Positions 61,135 to 61,975 of a stretch of DNA of 61,975 bases are shown piece after piece. Made by a program: the position numbers and the translations under genes. The notes below the pieces were generated by a model, which was given only the letters and a program-made list of their open reading frames with translations, had not been told where the DNA came from and searched no databases. Every line of letters starts with the position of its first letter. Within the stretch, counting starts at the first letter, position 1. Origin of the DNA: Neoconidiobolus thromboides FSU 785 (taxonomy: Eukaryota > Fungi > Entomophthoromycota); the NCBI GenBank assembly GCA_025603075.1, contig MU626383.1, positions 1-61,975 of the forward strand, given 5' to 3'.

Positions 61135-61426
61135 ATTAATTTTTTCAAAACACTATTGATATCTAAAATTTACATATTCTAAAATAAAAGTAATTAAATC
61201 TTAAATTTAAAAATAAAGTAAAATTATAATATTTAAAAAGTAGTAGTAAAATTATATAAAAAGTAATAACTCAGTATAAAGTTTTTTTATTAAAATAATA
61301 ATTTTTTATATTATATGTTGGCTATATATTATTTGTTTAAGTTAATTAGAGTTATTATTATCATTTATTAATAAAAGTATATATCATAATATTTTTATTT
61401 ATATCGATTATTAAAATTTTATGTGT

Positions 61427-61967
61427 AAGGATATATTTTTGTGCTTAATACCTTTACTGATAATTTTTCTGCTTAAATAGTGCTTTGTGAAATCTGGTAC
61501 TCAGTGTTTGGAGTCAAGAACAGCTATTGCTGGGTTGACTACACTATAAGTCGAAAGGTTTTAGTTTGTGTGACTAAGATAGACTTGTATTATGAAAAAT
61601 AGCACGTAATAGGCTATGGACTATGTAAGACAAATAGAATAGACAATACTAATGTAAAATCTACATAAAATACTATTAAGAAGACTTAGTGGCCTTATTA
61701 AATGTTCGAGATATCAAGGAATAATTCAGTTAAAAAGCCTCGAACAACTATACTCTGTAAACTCTTTTATACTCTGAAAAGTATAAATATGAAAATGAGA
61801 AGATAATATTCTGAGATAGAGCTAGAAATTCTCATAACAAATCAAAATAAGAATATGGGATTGATTTCCTCTAAACTCGAGAACACAACAGCTTAGGCGA
61901 TTGTTATGTTATAATTAACCATGGAACTGACAAAGTGATATTTCACAAAAGCCAAAAAAATATCTTT
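61427..61967 (+). mobile_element. MITE copy split by an LTR-like insertion (left part 61427-61485, right end 61948-61967); another MITE starts at 61972
   Basis: AAGGATATATTTTTGTG...GCTTAAATAGTGCTT|insert|AAAGCCAAAAAAATATCTTT|ATAT|GGGG. Confidence 0.7.
61486..61947 (+). mobile_element. 462-bp solo-LTR-like element with 8-bp terminal inverted repeat TGTGAAAT...ATTTCACA
   Basis: TG...CA ends with a perfect 8-bp inverted repeat, higher GC than flanks, partial second copy at 18468-18657; strand arbitrary; no clear TSD. Confidence 0.65.
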
Positions 61968-61975
61968 ATATGGGG

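Noticed and set aside
971-61975. The dispersed ~98-bp repeat as a CRISPR-like array or structured RNA gene family
   Set aside because: Copies are irregularly spaced (0.1-9 kb), in both orientations, have TIRs and a TSD, and one sits inside a coding relic; there are no uniform spacers or cas genes

Overview
Very AT-rich eukaryotic DNA with short (~45-60 nt) GT-AG introns and fungal gene families. The best inference is an early-diverging fungus, plausibly Conidiobolus/Neoconidiobolus-like (Entomophthoromycota); this is not proven. Compact housekeeping blocks (3.6-8.1 kb: twin-CX9C protein, ABHD13/Bem46, DnaJ, Ecm33; 39.7-48.1 kb: uS5m, WD40, RNA Pol I largest subunit) alternate with accessory DNA. 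The accessory DNA holds five signal-peptide-bearing Shewanella-like (Shelph) metallophosphatases and a secreted S41/CPAF-like protease with two dead copies; one phosphatase-protease pair is duplicated in mirror orientation. It also holds a 10-Cys defensin-like peptide, two His1 LPMO-like secreted proteins, four tandem decayed F-box/LRR-like paralogs and an unprocessed SRA-YDG (methyl-CpG reader) pseudogene missed by the ORF track. About 19 copies of a ~98-bp MITE (GGGGATGT...ACATCCCC ends, ATAT-type 4-bp target duplication, hypermutable CpGs) are scattered through it, along with a 462-bp TG...CA solo-LTR-like element nested in one MITE. No rRNA, intact tRNA, CRISPR array or autonomous transposase was recognised.
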